Of a stretch of 50,481 nucleotides of DNA, positions 1 to 9,399 are shown piece by piece. This DNA is from Dehalococcoidia bacterium (lineage in GTDB: Bacteria; Chloroflexota; Dehalococcoidia; DSTF01; RBG-16-68-14). Position numbers and translations under genes: made by a program. Under the pieces are notes generated by a model. It worked only from the letters and a program-made list of their open reading frames with translations. It had not been told where the DNA came from and made no database searches. The stretch covers positions 62,001 to 112,481 of the forward strand of contig JBBEBM010000004.1 in the NCBI GenBank assembly GCA_040882355.1, written 5' to 3'. Every line of letters begins with the position of its first letter. Position 1 is the first letter of the stretch.

Positions 1-136
1 CGATGACGATGTCGACTCGTGCCTGGCCTGAAGACAGGTCATCAGTGAGTGAGAGGAGGGCGAGGGTCATGACCCACAGGGCGACCGTCGCAATAACGGA
101 CGCGAGGCCCACCAAACGTGACCCTCGAGGGCTCAT
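1..136 (-). CDS. Partial membrane/secreted protein (N-terminus; runs off window)
   Basis: ATG at 136 after GGAGG; own translation MSPRGSRLVGLASVIATVALWVMTLALLSLTDD, hydrophobic N-terminus, co-oriented with the cupredoxin gene. Confidence 0.5.
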   Translation of the reverse strand, partial: MSPRGSRLVGLASVIATVALWVMTLALLSLTDDLSSGQARVDIVI

Positions 137-193
137 CGCCGGGCCTCCGACGCTCGCAACCGAACCGAGATCGTCGCCGGTTCCATTGCCTTG

Positions 194-988
194 CTACTGC
201 ACCTCCAGCGTGCCCTTCATCGACTCGTGACCGTCGACCGCGCAGTGGTAGGTGTAGCTGCCTGGGGCCAGCGCGGGCAATTCAATGAGCTCCTCACTGC
301 CGGGCCGGACCGTCACATCGATAGCGAAGTCGTCCATGGTGAAGGTGTGCAGGAACGCGTCATCATTTTCCACGACGACGCGCGGCGCTTCGCCCCCGGC
401 TACCTCGATCTGCTCCGGCGAAAACTCCGTCTTGTGCATCCTCACGGACAGAGCTCCGACCTTGTCCTGGGCGCTGACGGTGGAGCGGCCGGACACGGTG
501 AGCACGCCCGATACGACGAATAGGACGCCCAGGACAACGACGATCGTCCCGGCGACAGCACGCTCCACGGCCGATGGCGAGAACCGAACGGCGTGGGCTC
601 GCGTTTCGCGCAGCGCCACAATGCCGCTGGTAACCACGATAACCGATCCGGCGAGCCCAATCATGCTGGGGATGAAGTCGAAGAAGCTCTCCGGATGGAG
701 GAGCTCGTAGTAGAAGTTGTAGCCCTGGATGAAGAACCAGACGACGAGCGCGAGAATGACCACCGGGATCATGGCCCGCGCTCCGAAACGCAACACGAGC
801 CCTGCGAGCAAGAAGGTCACCACAAGCGCCGCGCCGCCAAAGACGAGCGCGCCTCCCCAGTCACCGGATATGCCGAACCCCACAGCCTCGAGCACGACCG
901 ACAGGGCGAGGAGGGTGAGTCCCAGCAGAGCGCCTTGCTTGTAGACGGGCAGCCCCTCTGCAGCCTGGGCGGAAGCTCCCATAGCCAT
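194..988 (-). CDS. Multi-pass membrane protein with C-terminal cupredoxin domain
   Basis: About 5 hydrophobic segments, then HTF and YHCAVDGHESM type-1 copper ligand pattern. Confidence 0.85.
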   Translation of the reverse strand: MAMGASAQAAEGLPVYKQGALLGLTLLALSVVLEAVGFGISGDWGGALVFGGAALVVTFLLAGLVLRFGARAMIPVVILALVVWFFIQGYNFYYELLHPESFFDFIPSMIGLAGSVIVVTSGIVALRETRAHAVRFSPSAVERAVAGTIVVVLGVLFVVSGVLTVSGRSTVSAQDKVGALSVRMHKTEFSPEQIEVAGGEAPRVVVENDDAFLHTFTMDDFAIDVTVRPGSEELIELPALAPGSYTYHCAVDGHESMKGTLEVQ

Positions 989-1043
989 TCGTCCGTCTCC
1001 TTTCTCGTGACCGGCGCCGCTTTGGCGCGCTGGCTTCTGTTCG

Positions 1044-1088
1044 ATTGTATGTAGCCGGCGTCACGAGAACGTTACGACAACGATGCCC
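1044..1088 (-). promoter_or_regulatory. -10 box TACAAT plus 11-bp-period direct repeats (putative SARP binding site)
   Basis: ATTGTA at 1044-1049; CGTCACGA at 1059 and CGTTACGA at 1070, weaker third copy at 1081; next to a SARP-type gene. Confidence 0.6.
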
Positions 1089-1156
1089 GGTTCCTGTTCG
1101 TTGCGCTGGGTCATGGTGTCGAGTATCACATCGGTAGGGAAGTGAGGCAAGACACG

Positions 1157-4075
1157 ATGCCACGCCTGGTTGTCCGATTGCTCGGCCCGCCCATCGCCGA
1201 GCTGGACGGCGCCCCAATCGAGGTCGACACCCGCAAGGCGACCGCGCTGCTCGCCTATCTGGCCGTCACGGAGCGGCCGCATGCCCGCGATTCGCTGGCC
1301 GCGCTCCTCTGGCCCGACTACGACCAGACGAGCGCTCGCGCCGCCCTCCGGCGGACGCTCTCAACGCTGCGAAAGGCGCTGGCCAGCGGCTGGCTCACAA
1401 CACAGGGCGACCTGATCGGGCTCGACAGGGATGACCTCTGGCTCGACGCGGAGCGCTTCCATAGCCTCGCCGCGCCGCGCGCCGATCACCCCCACCCGCC
1501 GTCGGAACCGTGCGCGGACTGCCTGGTAGCGCTCGAGGAAGCGCTGGGGCTCTACCGGGACAGCTTCCTCGCCGGCTTCTCGCTGCGCGACAGTCCTGAG
1601 TTCGACGACTGGCAGTCGCTGCAGGCGGAGGCGCTGCGCCGCGAGCTGGCCGAGGCGCTCGACCGGCTCGTCGCGGGCTATATCGCCGGCGAGGACTATT
1701 CGGCGGCCGCGCGCCACGCGCAACGAAGGCTGGCGCTGGACCCGCTGCACGAGCCCGCCCACCGGACGCTGATGCTGCTCTACGCCTGGACCGGCGAACG
1801 CGGCGCCGCACTGCAGCAGTACCGCGCTTGCGTGCGCGCGCTCGACGAGGAGCTGGGGGTCGCGCCACTGGAGGACACGTCGCGGCTCTACCACGCGATC
1901 GTCGGGGACCAGGCGCCGCCTCCGCCGCGGCGCTCGGTCCCCGCGGCGACTACCCCGGCTCCCGAGCGCTCTCCGGGCCCCGGGCCGCCGGCCGCGCGCG
2001 CGGGACCGCTTGCGCTGGCTGGCCGCGACATAGAGTGGCGCGCGCTGAAGGCAGCCTATGAGCGGACCGACGCCGACGGCCACCTGGTGGTGCTGGAAGG
2101 CGAAGCGGGCATCGGCAAGACGCGACTGGCCGAGGAGCTGATGGCGCATGCGAGCGCCCGGGGAGCGCGCGTCCTTGTCGCGCACTGCTACGAGGGCGAG
2201 TCGGCGCTGGTCTACGGGCCGTTCATCCAGGCCCTGCGCGCGGCGGTCGCGTCGGAGCGTGGCAAGGAGCTGCTCGCCCGGCTGCCAGCGCAGATTGTGG
2301 CGGAGCTGTCGCGCCTGGCGCCCGAGGTACGGGACCAGCGGCCCGACACACCGGAACCGTCTCCGCTCGACAGTCCCGGCGCGCAGGGACGGCTGTTCGA
2401 CGCCGTGACGGAGACGCTGGGGCAGCTCTGCGCCCGGCCGCCGGCAGGCGTCCTGCTGCTTGAAGACCTGCACTGGGCGGACGAGGCGTCCCTCGATCTG
2501 CTCAGCTATCTGGCGCGCCGGCTGCGAGCGCGGCCGATGTGCGTCGTAGGGACGTGGCGCAGCGAGTCGACTGCCGCGGGCGGCAGGCTGCGCCGGATCA
2601 TCCAGGACGGACAGCGCGACGGCTGGGCGACACTCGTGTCGCTTTCGCGGCTCACGGCCGCCGCCGTCGCAGATCTCGTCGAGGCGGGAGCGCCAGGCGC
2701 GGGCGCGATCGCCGGACGGTTGTTTGAGGAGACGGAGGGCGTGCCGTTCTTCGTCGTCGAGTACCTGGCGTCGCTCGCGGAAGGATCATCGCCCGCGGAT
2801 GACGATGAGTGGGCCCTGCCCGGCGGTGTGCGCGAGCTGCTGCGGTCGCGCGTCGCGAGCGTGAGCGAAGCGGCATGGCAGGTCCTCACGACGGCGGGCG
2901 TGGTCGGCCGCTCGTTTGAGTTCAACGTGCTCCGTGACGCAAGCGGCCGGAGCGAAGAGGAGGCGGTCACCGCGCTCGAGGAGCTCATGCAACACGGGCT
3001 CGTGGCGGAAGTGGGCCGGGAAGGCGCCGGCGACGTGGCCTACGACTTCAGCCACGAAAAGCTGCGGACGCTGGTCTACGAAGAAACGAGCCTGGCGCGA
3101 CGCCGCTTGCTCCACCGGAGGGTCGCGGCGGCGCTGACCCGGAATGCCCGCGGGCGTCGCGACCGCGGGCTCGTTGCCGGACAGATCGCATTCCATTACC
3201 GGCTCGCCGGCGATGACGCTGAGGCGTCCGAGTACTACCGCCTGGCCGGCGAGCATGCGCGCGCCCTCTACGCCAACGCGGAAGCGGTCTCCCACTTCCA
3301 GGCAGCGCTCGCATTGGGCCACGCGCGGCCGGCCGAGCTGCACGAGGCGATCGGTGACCTGCACACCCTCGCCGGCGAGTACGGCGCGGCGTTGCACAGC
3401 TACGAGACCGCGGCGGCCCTCGCGGAGCCCGCGCGCGCGGCCGTCCTGGCGCACAAGCTGGCCGCCCTCCACCATCGCAGGGGCGAGTGGGAGCTGGCGG
3501 AGCGTCACTTTGCGAGCGCGCTGGACGAGCTGGAGAAGACGGGCCGCGTCGACGAGAGCGCTCGGCTCTACGCGGACTGGAGCCTCACCGCGTACCGACA
3601 GGGCGACGTGGCGCGCGCGCTGGAGCTGGCAGAGCGGAGTCTATCGCTGGCGCAGGGCGCGGCGGACCGATCGGCGCTGGCTCAGGCGCACAACATCCTG
3701 GGCATCCTGGCCGGCGCGCGGGGCGAACGCGACGCGGCGCTGGAGCATCTGGAGCAGAGCCTGGCGCTCGCCGATGAGCTGGGCGATCTTGGCGCGCAGG
3801 TCGCGGCGATGAACAACCTGGCGCTGGCGCACGTTGCTCGCGGCGAAGCGGCCCGCGCGATCGAGCTCACGGAACGCGCGCTGGCCGCCTGCACGGCGCT
3901 GGGGGACCGACATCGTGAGGCAGCGCTGCACAACAACCTGGCGGACGCGCTCCACGGGGAGGGACGCACCGACGAGGCGATGGAGCACCTGAAGCAGGCG
4001 GTCGCCATCTTCGCCGAGATCGGCGCGGATGAGGGGCCGTCGCAACCGGAGATCTGGAAGCTGACGGAGTGGTGA
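1157..4075 (+). CDS. SARP-family regulator: wHTH + BTAD + AAA ATPase + TPR repeats
   Basis: RLLGPP/KATALLAYL N-terminus, LALDPLHEPAHRTLM BTAD motif, Walker A GEAGIGKT, Walker B LLLEDLHWAD, C-terminal TPRs. Alternative start 1142. Confidence 0.92.
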   Translation: MPRLVVRLLGPPIAELDGAPIEVDTRKATALLAYLAVTERPHARDSLAALLWPDYDQTSARAALRRTLSTLRKALASGWLTTQGDLIGLDRDDLWLDAERFHSLAAPRADHPHPPSEPCADCLVALEEALGLYRDSFLAGFSLRDSPEFDDWQSLQAEALRRELAEALDRLVAGYIAGEDYSAAARHAQRRLALDPLHEPAHRTLMLLYAWTGERGAALQQYRACVRALDEELGVAPLEDTSRLYHAIVGDQAPPPPRRSVPAATTPAPERSPGPGPPAARAGPLALAGRDIEWRALKAAYERTDADGHLVVLEGEAGIGKTRLAEELMAHASARGARVLVAHCYEGESALVYGPFIQALRAAVASERGKELLARLPAQIVAELSRLAPEVRDQRPDTPEPSPLDSPGAQGRLFDAVTETLGQLCARPPAGVLLLEDLHWADEASLDLLSYLARRLRARPMCVVGTWRSESTAAGGRLRRIIQDGQRDGWATLVSLSRLTAAAVADLVEAGAPGAGAIAGRLFEETEGVPFFVVEYLASLAEGSSPADDDEWALPGGVRELLRSRVASVSEAAWQVLTTAGVVGRSFEFNVLRDASGRSEEEAVTALEELMQHGLVAEVGREGAGDVAYDFSHEKLRTLVYEETSLARRRLLHRRVAAALTRNARGRRDRGLVAGQIAFHYRLAGDDAEASEYYRLAGEHARALYANAEAVSHFQAALALGHARPAELHEAIGDLHTLAGEYGAALHSYETAAALAEPARAAVLAHKLAALHHRRGEWELAERHFASALDELEKTGRVDESARLYADWSLTAYRQGDVARALELAERSLSLAQGAADRSALAQAHNILGILAGARGERDAALEHLEQSLALADELGDLGAQVAAMNNLALAHVARGEAARAIELTERALAACTALGDRHREAALHNNLADALHGEGRTDEAMEHLKQAVAIFAEIGADEGPSQPEIWKLTEW

Positions 4076-4128
4076 GCGCGATCCGCTCAGGCCTGTCGTG
4101 ACTGGTACACTGACGCCGTCGAACCAAC

Positions 4129-5094
4129 ATGCGCGCTGTACGACTCGTTAGTCTCGATGGCCCCGACGGGCTGGAGGTAGCGGACATTCCTGAGCCGGCG
4201 AAGGGCGATCGCCTGATCGTGGAGGTCCACGCGGCCGGCGTTGGCTTCCCGGACCTGCTCATGACCCGCGGCCGCTATCAGTTCCGGCCCGATCCGCCCT
4301 TCGTCCCGGGTATCGAGATGGCGGGCGCCGTCCACTGGGCGCCCGAAGGCTCACCGTTCGCGCCGGGCGACGGCGTCGCCGCGTGGTCGCCGTTGGGGTG
4401 CTGGGCCGAGTACGCGCACGCCTCGCCGCTCGCGACGTTCCGCATCCCGGATGGCATGTCGTATGCCGAGGCGACGTCTCTTGTGAACTACCAGTCCGCC
4501 TACTTCGGCCTCGTCGAGCGCGGCGAGGCGCGAGAGGGTGAGAGCGTGCTGATTCATGGAGCCGCCGGCGGCGTTGGCAGCGCGGCGGTCGATCTCGCCC
4601 GCGCGCTCGGTCTCGTGTCGTTCGCCGTCGCGCGAGGCAAGGACAAGCTCGCCGTGGCGGGCGCGCTCGGGGCGGAGCACCTCCTTGACGCCGACAGCGA
4701 CTGGCTGGCGGAGGTGCGGCGTCTCACCGACAACCGAGGCGTCGACCTGGTCTTCGATCCTGTCGGCGGCGATCGCTTCCTCGATAGCGTGCGGGCCCTT
4801 GCGGTCGGCGGGCGGCTCTTGGTCGTCGGCTTCGCCGGCGGGGCAATACCCGAGGTGAAGGTGAACCGGCTGCTCCTAAAGAACACGGCCGTCGTCGGAG
4901 TCGCCTGGGGCGAGTACACGCGTGTCGATCCGGAGATGCCACAGCGCGTGGGGCGGGCGCTGGCGGAGCTGTGGAGCGCCGGCCGGCTCCACCCTGTCGT
5001 CGGCGCGACCTATCCGCTGGAGCAGGCCGCGGACGCGCTGCGCGACATCGAGTCCCGTCGTGCCACCGGCAAGGTTGTGCTCGCTCTCCGCTAG
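4129..5094 (+). CDS. NADPH:quinone oxidoreductase (MDR family)
   Basis: PFVPGIE, HGAAGGVG nucleotide-binding motif, terminal GKVVL. Confidence 0.9.
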   Translation: MRAVRLVSLDGPDGLEVADIPEPAKGDRLIVEVHAAGVGFPDLLMTRGRYQFRPDPPFVPGIEMAGAVHWAPEGSPFAPGDGVAAWSPLGCWAEYAHASPLATFRIPDGMSYAEATSLVNYQSAYFGLVERGEAREGESVLIHGAAGGVGSAAVDLARALGLVSFAVARGKDKLAVAGALGAEHLLDADSDWLAEVRRLTDNRGVDLVFDPVGGDRFLDSVRALAVGGRLLVVGFAGGAIPEVKVNRLLLKNTAVVGVAWGEYTRVDPEMPQRVGRALAELWSAGRLHPVVGATYPLEQAADALRDIESRRATGKVVLALR

Positions 5095-5107
5095 GGCCGC
5101 TCGGCCC

Positions 5108-7360
5108 TTAGCCCGTCATCGTCGAGGCTTCTGGCTCGAGTCCGGCGGAGATCCGACGGTCAGCAGGCGCTTCCGCCGGCGCCTCCACGCGCACGTCGGG
5201 GAGCCAGTGCAGCCAGCTCGGCAGGTACCAGTTCCAGTCGCCGAGCAGCTTCATGCTCGCTGGCACCAGGATCGAGCGCACGATGGTCGCGTCGAGCAGG
5301 ATGGCGACGCCGGCGCCAAAGCCCATCTCCTGGAACATGACTAGATCGCCGGCGGCGAATCCTGCGAAGACGGCCACCATGATCAACGCGGCGCCGGTGA
5401 TCAGTCGCCCGGTGGAGCGAAGGCCGAAGACCACGGCGTCAGTGTTGTCGCGCGTCTGGTCGTAGCGCTCCCGGATGCGGCTGAGCAGGAAGACGTGGTA
5501 GTCCATCGACAGGCCGAACAGGATGGCGAAGAGGAAGATCGGGAGCCACGCTTCGATGCTCTCCACCTGCTGGAAGCCGAAGAGCCCGGCTCCGACGCCT
5601 TCCTGGGTTACCAGGACCAGGATTCCGTACGCCGCTCCAACGGAGAGCAGGTTCATGATGACGGCCTTGATGGGAACGACGATCGACCGGAAGACGACCA
5701 TTAGCAGGATGAAGCTGAGGCCGAGCACGAAGGCGAAGACGATTGGCGTGTACATGGCGAGCATGTCGAAACCGTCGAGGTTGAAGGCAATGAGGCCACC
5801 GACGAGCACGTTCGCGGATACGCCATCGAACGCCTGCGGGATGTAGTCGTCCCGAAGCCGCGGCACCGCGGCTTCGGCGGCGTCGCTGTTGGCATCGCCG
5901 GCGACGGGGAACGACAGGAGGGCGAGGTCGCCGGCCTCGTTCGCCTCAAACGTCGGTTCGCTGAACGCCGGGTCGCCGTTAGTAGTAGCCTTGAGCCGTT
6001 CGATCGCCTGCTGCACTTCGGGCGACTCCACATCGCCATCGATGACGACCTCCGCAGGCGCGACGAGACCCGCCGAGAACTCCCGGTCCAGGACGAGGAA
6101 TGCCTGCTTCGATTGGAGGCTGTCCGGCATCGTGCTCACGCCGGAGAAACCGGTGTTGATGCTGAAGTAGGGGATGGATGCGGCAATGAGTAGGCTCGCC
6201 GATACGGTGAAGAAGGCGAGGGGATGCCGCATCACCCCACGGGCGAGGCGGTCCCAGAAGCCGCCCGGCCGCTCTTCGTCGAAGTGGGTCTGCGTGCGCT
6301 GGACGAAGGGAATGCGACCCCAGTTCACGCCGTCACCGAGCAGGCTGAGCACCGCCGGCAGCAGCGTCAGCGAAGCCGCGACGGCCATGATCGCGACGAG
6401 CACGGACCCGGCGGCGATGCTGCGGAAGATCGTCTGCGGCACGATGAGCATGCCCAGCAGCGCGATCACGACCGTGACGCCGCTGAAGAGCACCGTGCGG
6501 CTGGCGGTTGCGCCGGAGCGCGCGATCGCCTCCGTCTTGTCGAGGCCGTGTGCCCGTTCCTCGCGGTAGCGGGAGATTACAAACAGCGAGTAGTCGATGC
6601 CGACGGCCAGGCCGATCATGGTGATGACGTTCGTGACGAAGAAGGAGAACTCGAACTGCGTACCGAGGACGGCGGTTGCGCCCACCGCCAAGACGATGGA
6701 TACAATCGCCAGCACGATCGGGATCACCGACGCAGCGATGGCGCCGAAGACGAGCGCAAGGATGAGGAGCGCGATCGGGATGCCGAACATTTCACCGGTC
6801 GCCAGGTCCTGCTGGGAGGCTTCCTCGAAGTCCTTGCCCATGCTGGCGTTTCCGGCGATCAGCAGGCTGAAGTCGCTCTTCTCCGCTTCGTCCATCACAT
6901 CGAACACGGAATCGATGTTGTCGCTCGCGTCTTCGAACGTGCCAGCCATGGCGAATGGCAGGATGGTGGTGCGGCGGTCGCTCGAAACGAGCGACTCATC
7001 GCCGCTCTGGAAGTAGTTCGTACCGCCGGCGATGACCTCCGGTCCGAGCGCCGTGATGTCCGCGTACAGGCCTTCCACGAGGCCTCGGAACGCGGGATCG
7101 TCCACCGTGGCGCTTTCCGACTGGACGATGATGATCTCGTTGTCACGCTGCGGGCCGTGCAGGCGCTCCTCGATCAGCGTCCTGGCCTGTTTCGATTCGG
7201 GGTTCGTGGTGATGTCCGCGTCGGTTGTGAGCGCATCACCGAGCAGGGTGGCGATCAGGTAGCCGGACAGGACGAACAGGACCACCCAGATGCCGATGGT
7301 CGGCCAGGGCCGCCTCGCGGCCAGGCGCGCCAGGCGCTCTGTCATGCTGATCGATTTCAT
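5108..7360 (-). CDS. MMPL family RND transporter
   Basis: GLAVGIDYSLF and FGLSMDYHVFLLSRIRE motifs, two TM repeats. Confidence 0.95.
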   Translation of the reverse strand: MKSISMTERLARLAARRPWPTIGIWVVLFVLSGYLIATLLGDALTTDADITTNPESKQARTLIEERLHGPQRDNEIIIVQSESATVDDPAFRGLVEGLYADITALGPEVIAGGTNYFQSGDESLVSSDRRTTILPFAMAGTFEDASDNIDSVFDVMDEAEKSDFSLLIAGNASMGKDFEEASQQDLATGEMFGIPIALLILALVFGAIAASVIPIVLAIVSIVLAVGATAVLGTQFEFSFFVTNVITMIGLAVGIDYSLFVISRYREERAHGLDKTEAIARSGATASRTVLFSGVTVVIALLGMLIVPQTIFRSIAAGSVLVAIMAVAASLTLLPAVLSLLGDGVNWGRIPFVQRTQTHFDEERPGGFWDRLARGVMRHPLAFFTVSASLLIAASIPYFSINTGFSGVSTMPDSLQSKQAFLVLDREFSAGLVAPAEVVIDGDVESPEVQQAIERLKATTNGDPAFSEPTFEANEAGDLALLSFPVAGDANSDAAEAAVPRLRDDYIPQAFDGVSANVLVGGLIAFNLDGFDMLAMYTPIVFAFVLGLSFILLMVVFRSIVVPIKAVIMNLLSVGAAYGILVLVTQEGVGAGLFGFQQVESIEAWLPIFLFAILFGLSMDYHVFLLSRIRERYDQTRDNTDAVVFGLRSTGRLITGAALIMVAVFAGFAAGDLVMFQEMGFGAGVAILLDATIVRSILVPASMKLLGDWNWYLPSWLHWLPDVRVEAPAEAPADRRISAGLEPEASTMTG

Positions 7361-7652
7361 CGGTTCCCTCCTTCGGGCGGTCGCCGCAGGGATGTATCCC
7401 GCTGACGCTGGGCGTCAAGGCCATTCGTCCGCCATCAGCTACTGGATACACTAAGTATAGTTTCATAGGCAAGTCCCGTTCTGTGAGCTACTTCACACAA
7501 CGAGTGGAAGGTCGCGTACTTTGCGTTGCTGTCGAGGCGCGCCCTTCTTGATCTTGCGTCGTCGGGCCGGGTAGTGTGGGTGCGTCCAGGCGCCTTGGGT
7601 GAGGCGCAGCGAACCTATGGGTTGGGGCGGCGATTTCACGAAGGAGGAAGTC

Positions 7653-7868
7653 GTGGCAGAGAGCGTATACAAGGTCATCGAGCTTGTGGGGACCAGCACG
7701 GATTCTTGGGAGAAGGCGGCAGCTGCCGCGGTCGAGCGGGCTGCTGCCTCACTGCGTGACCTGCGCATCGCCGAGGTCGTCGAGCTTGATATGCAGCTCG
7801 ACGGCGGCAAAGTGCTGGCCTATCGAGCCAAGGTAAAGCTGTCGTTCAAGTACGAGGGCGGGGACTAG
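7653..7868 (+). CDS. Dodecin (flavin-binding protein)
   Basis: GTG after AGGAGG; SVYKVIELVGTS...YRAKVKLSFKYE. Confidence 0.93.
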   Translation: MAESVYKVIELVGTSTDSWEKAAAAAVERAAASLRDLRIAEVVELDMQLDGGKVLAYRAKVKLSFKYEGGD

Positions 7869-7902
7869 GTCCGGAGCGCAGCGAGCTCCCGCCGGCCGTT
7901 CT

Positions 7903-7931
7903 GGCTGTGCCGGCCACAGGCCGGCACAGCC
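7903..7931. terminator. Perfect 13-bp hairpin between convergent genes
   Basis: GGCTGTGCCGGCC-ACA-GGCCGGCACAGCC; no U tract. Confidence 0.5.
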
Positions 7932-8009
7932 TCCTATCGCGTTGCCCACCGGGCGCCCTTCGTTGGTCCTCCGTCCGCCTGGTGCAGAGCCGCCCTGCCG
8001 TCGAGCCGC

Positions 8010-8221
8010 ACGGCCCTGCCCCGACTTTGAGTTGTCGTTCGCGGCGGATGGCGTCGGAACGGGTTGGGAGGGGCCCCTGATGAACGAGCTGCCACGGGCC
8101 ACGGCTTCTCGTCCAGCGGGAGAGGCCCTCTTGGTGTTCGGCGAGGCGGCGTTCGATGTCGTTTGGTGGAGCCGGTGTACAATCTGCCTGCAGAGTTCTG
8201 AAGTACGTAGACGTAGTACAT
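8010..8221 (-). pseudogene. Small GIY-YIG nuclease with two +1 frameshifts
   Basis: MYYVYVLQNSAGRLYTGST / NDIERRLAEHQEGLSRWTRSRGPWQLV...AIRRERQL / KSGQGR over three frames; extra A near 8162 and 8027. 3' end approximate. Confidence 0.85.
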
Positions 8222-8261
8222 AGCGTGGACCCTGATTCCAGGGGCGGTTCGCTGCCGTGAG

Positions 8262-8355
8262 TAGGAGCTACAACCTGGCCGTCACCCGCCTGCCGGTGAG
8301 CCGCCCTACCGTCAGAGTGTGCTTTGGCTCCCCGGGCAGTCCGCCTGCGGCGGAC
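8262..8355 (-). pseudogene. Degenerate tRNA-Asn-derived sequences with inserted hairpins
   Basis: CTACAACCT (8268-8276) equals 42225-42233; CCGCCCTACC vs tRNA CCGCTCTACC; TTGGCTCCCCGGGCAG next to GTCCGCC-TGC-GGCGGAC. Confidence 0.65.
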
Positions 8356-8409
8356 CCTCTCTATCGATGCGCGGTCCACTGCAGGCGGTGTCGCTTTGGC
8401 TCCCCGGGC
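8321..8409. repeat. Two att-like copies of the tRNA-Asn 3' end
   Basis: GCTTTGGCTCCCCGGGC at 8321-8337 and 8393-8409; 16 bp and 14 bp identity to 42200-42215. Confidence 0.85.
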
Positions 8410-8568
8410 GGGTAGCGAACGCTACGCTACAATTGCTAGGAGCGAAGACGGCAACTCTCACGCTCACGAAGTAGCGCTCACACCCCTATGGCCTGGGCCA
8501 CCCGCCGCCAGCTGCGGGCCTCTTGGGCTCGTCCGCACCCGGCTAATCTGACATCGCTCGCACCGCGG

Positions 8569-9385
8569 CTAGGCCTGGCCGCGTGGGTGCTCCTCGCCGG
8601 GGGGCAGCGCCCCCGCATCCGATGGCTCATCACGGGGGAGTTGGGGGGCAGGCTGCGTCCAGGGCTTGATGTCCTGCACCACTTCTCGATAGAAGCGATC
8701 CACGAGGGACGAGAGGTCACCCATGAAGCTGCCCTCTCCGGACTTGCGCTCGGCGCCAACGCTCTTCGCCAGAGTCAGTCTGAACGACTTGGGCTGACGA
8801 TTTGCGCCCAACAGTATGCGCCTAGGGTCTTGGATGACGTTGCTGAGAAGCTCGGACGATGTATCTCGTGCCCAGAGGAACGCTACGTCCATCCGAAGAT
8901 CCCCGGGAGCATTCTTCAGTTTTCTGAGAAGCCAAATGAGCCGCGCGCTCGGTCGCTGTACATCAGGGGCCGAGACATCTATCGATGCCTCGGCGGTCAT
9001 CGTGCGCAGGTTGGCCCTTAGAAGAAGAGGCGCTACTGCATGGGGAATCCTCATGGCCGCGGACATGGCTCCTTCGTCAACGAGTTCACGTACTGTCGCG
9101 TTAATTCGAGAGCCCGGGTTCTCGACCTCTGAGCGACTGAGCACCGGGCGCACCTCGCGGCCCAGACGAGCGGCCAATCGAAGACACAAGAATTGAACGA
9201 GCTGATCCCAACGACCGGCAACGCCCCGTACACCTTCGTCAGAAAGACGGAGGGTCATGTCTTTGGCGGCATTGCGGATCGTCGGCCAGTGCATGCCCAT
9301 GTCCTCGAAGGACAGGGCGCCGGACCCTTCGTACTCCAGGTAGCGAATGAGCTCGCCCAGGATCCATGCCTGGTCGCTGTCGGCA
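8569..9385 (-). pseudogene. C-terminal part of a conserved 'stress response protein'-type hypothetical; N-terminus lost
   Basis: DQAWILGELIRYLE...FEDMG...WLLRKLKNAP...FYREVVQDIKPW matches a family I recall from Actinobacteria; resemblance stops near 9385 with no start codon. Confidence 0.65.
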
Positions 9386-9399
9386 TCGCTGGGGTACCG

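Noticed and set aside
7446..7458. ATAC-N5-GTAT operator upstream of MMPL
   Set aside because: Only 4-bp arms and no cognate repressor in window.
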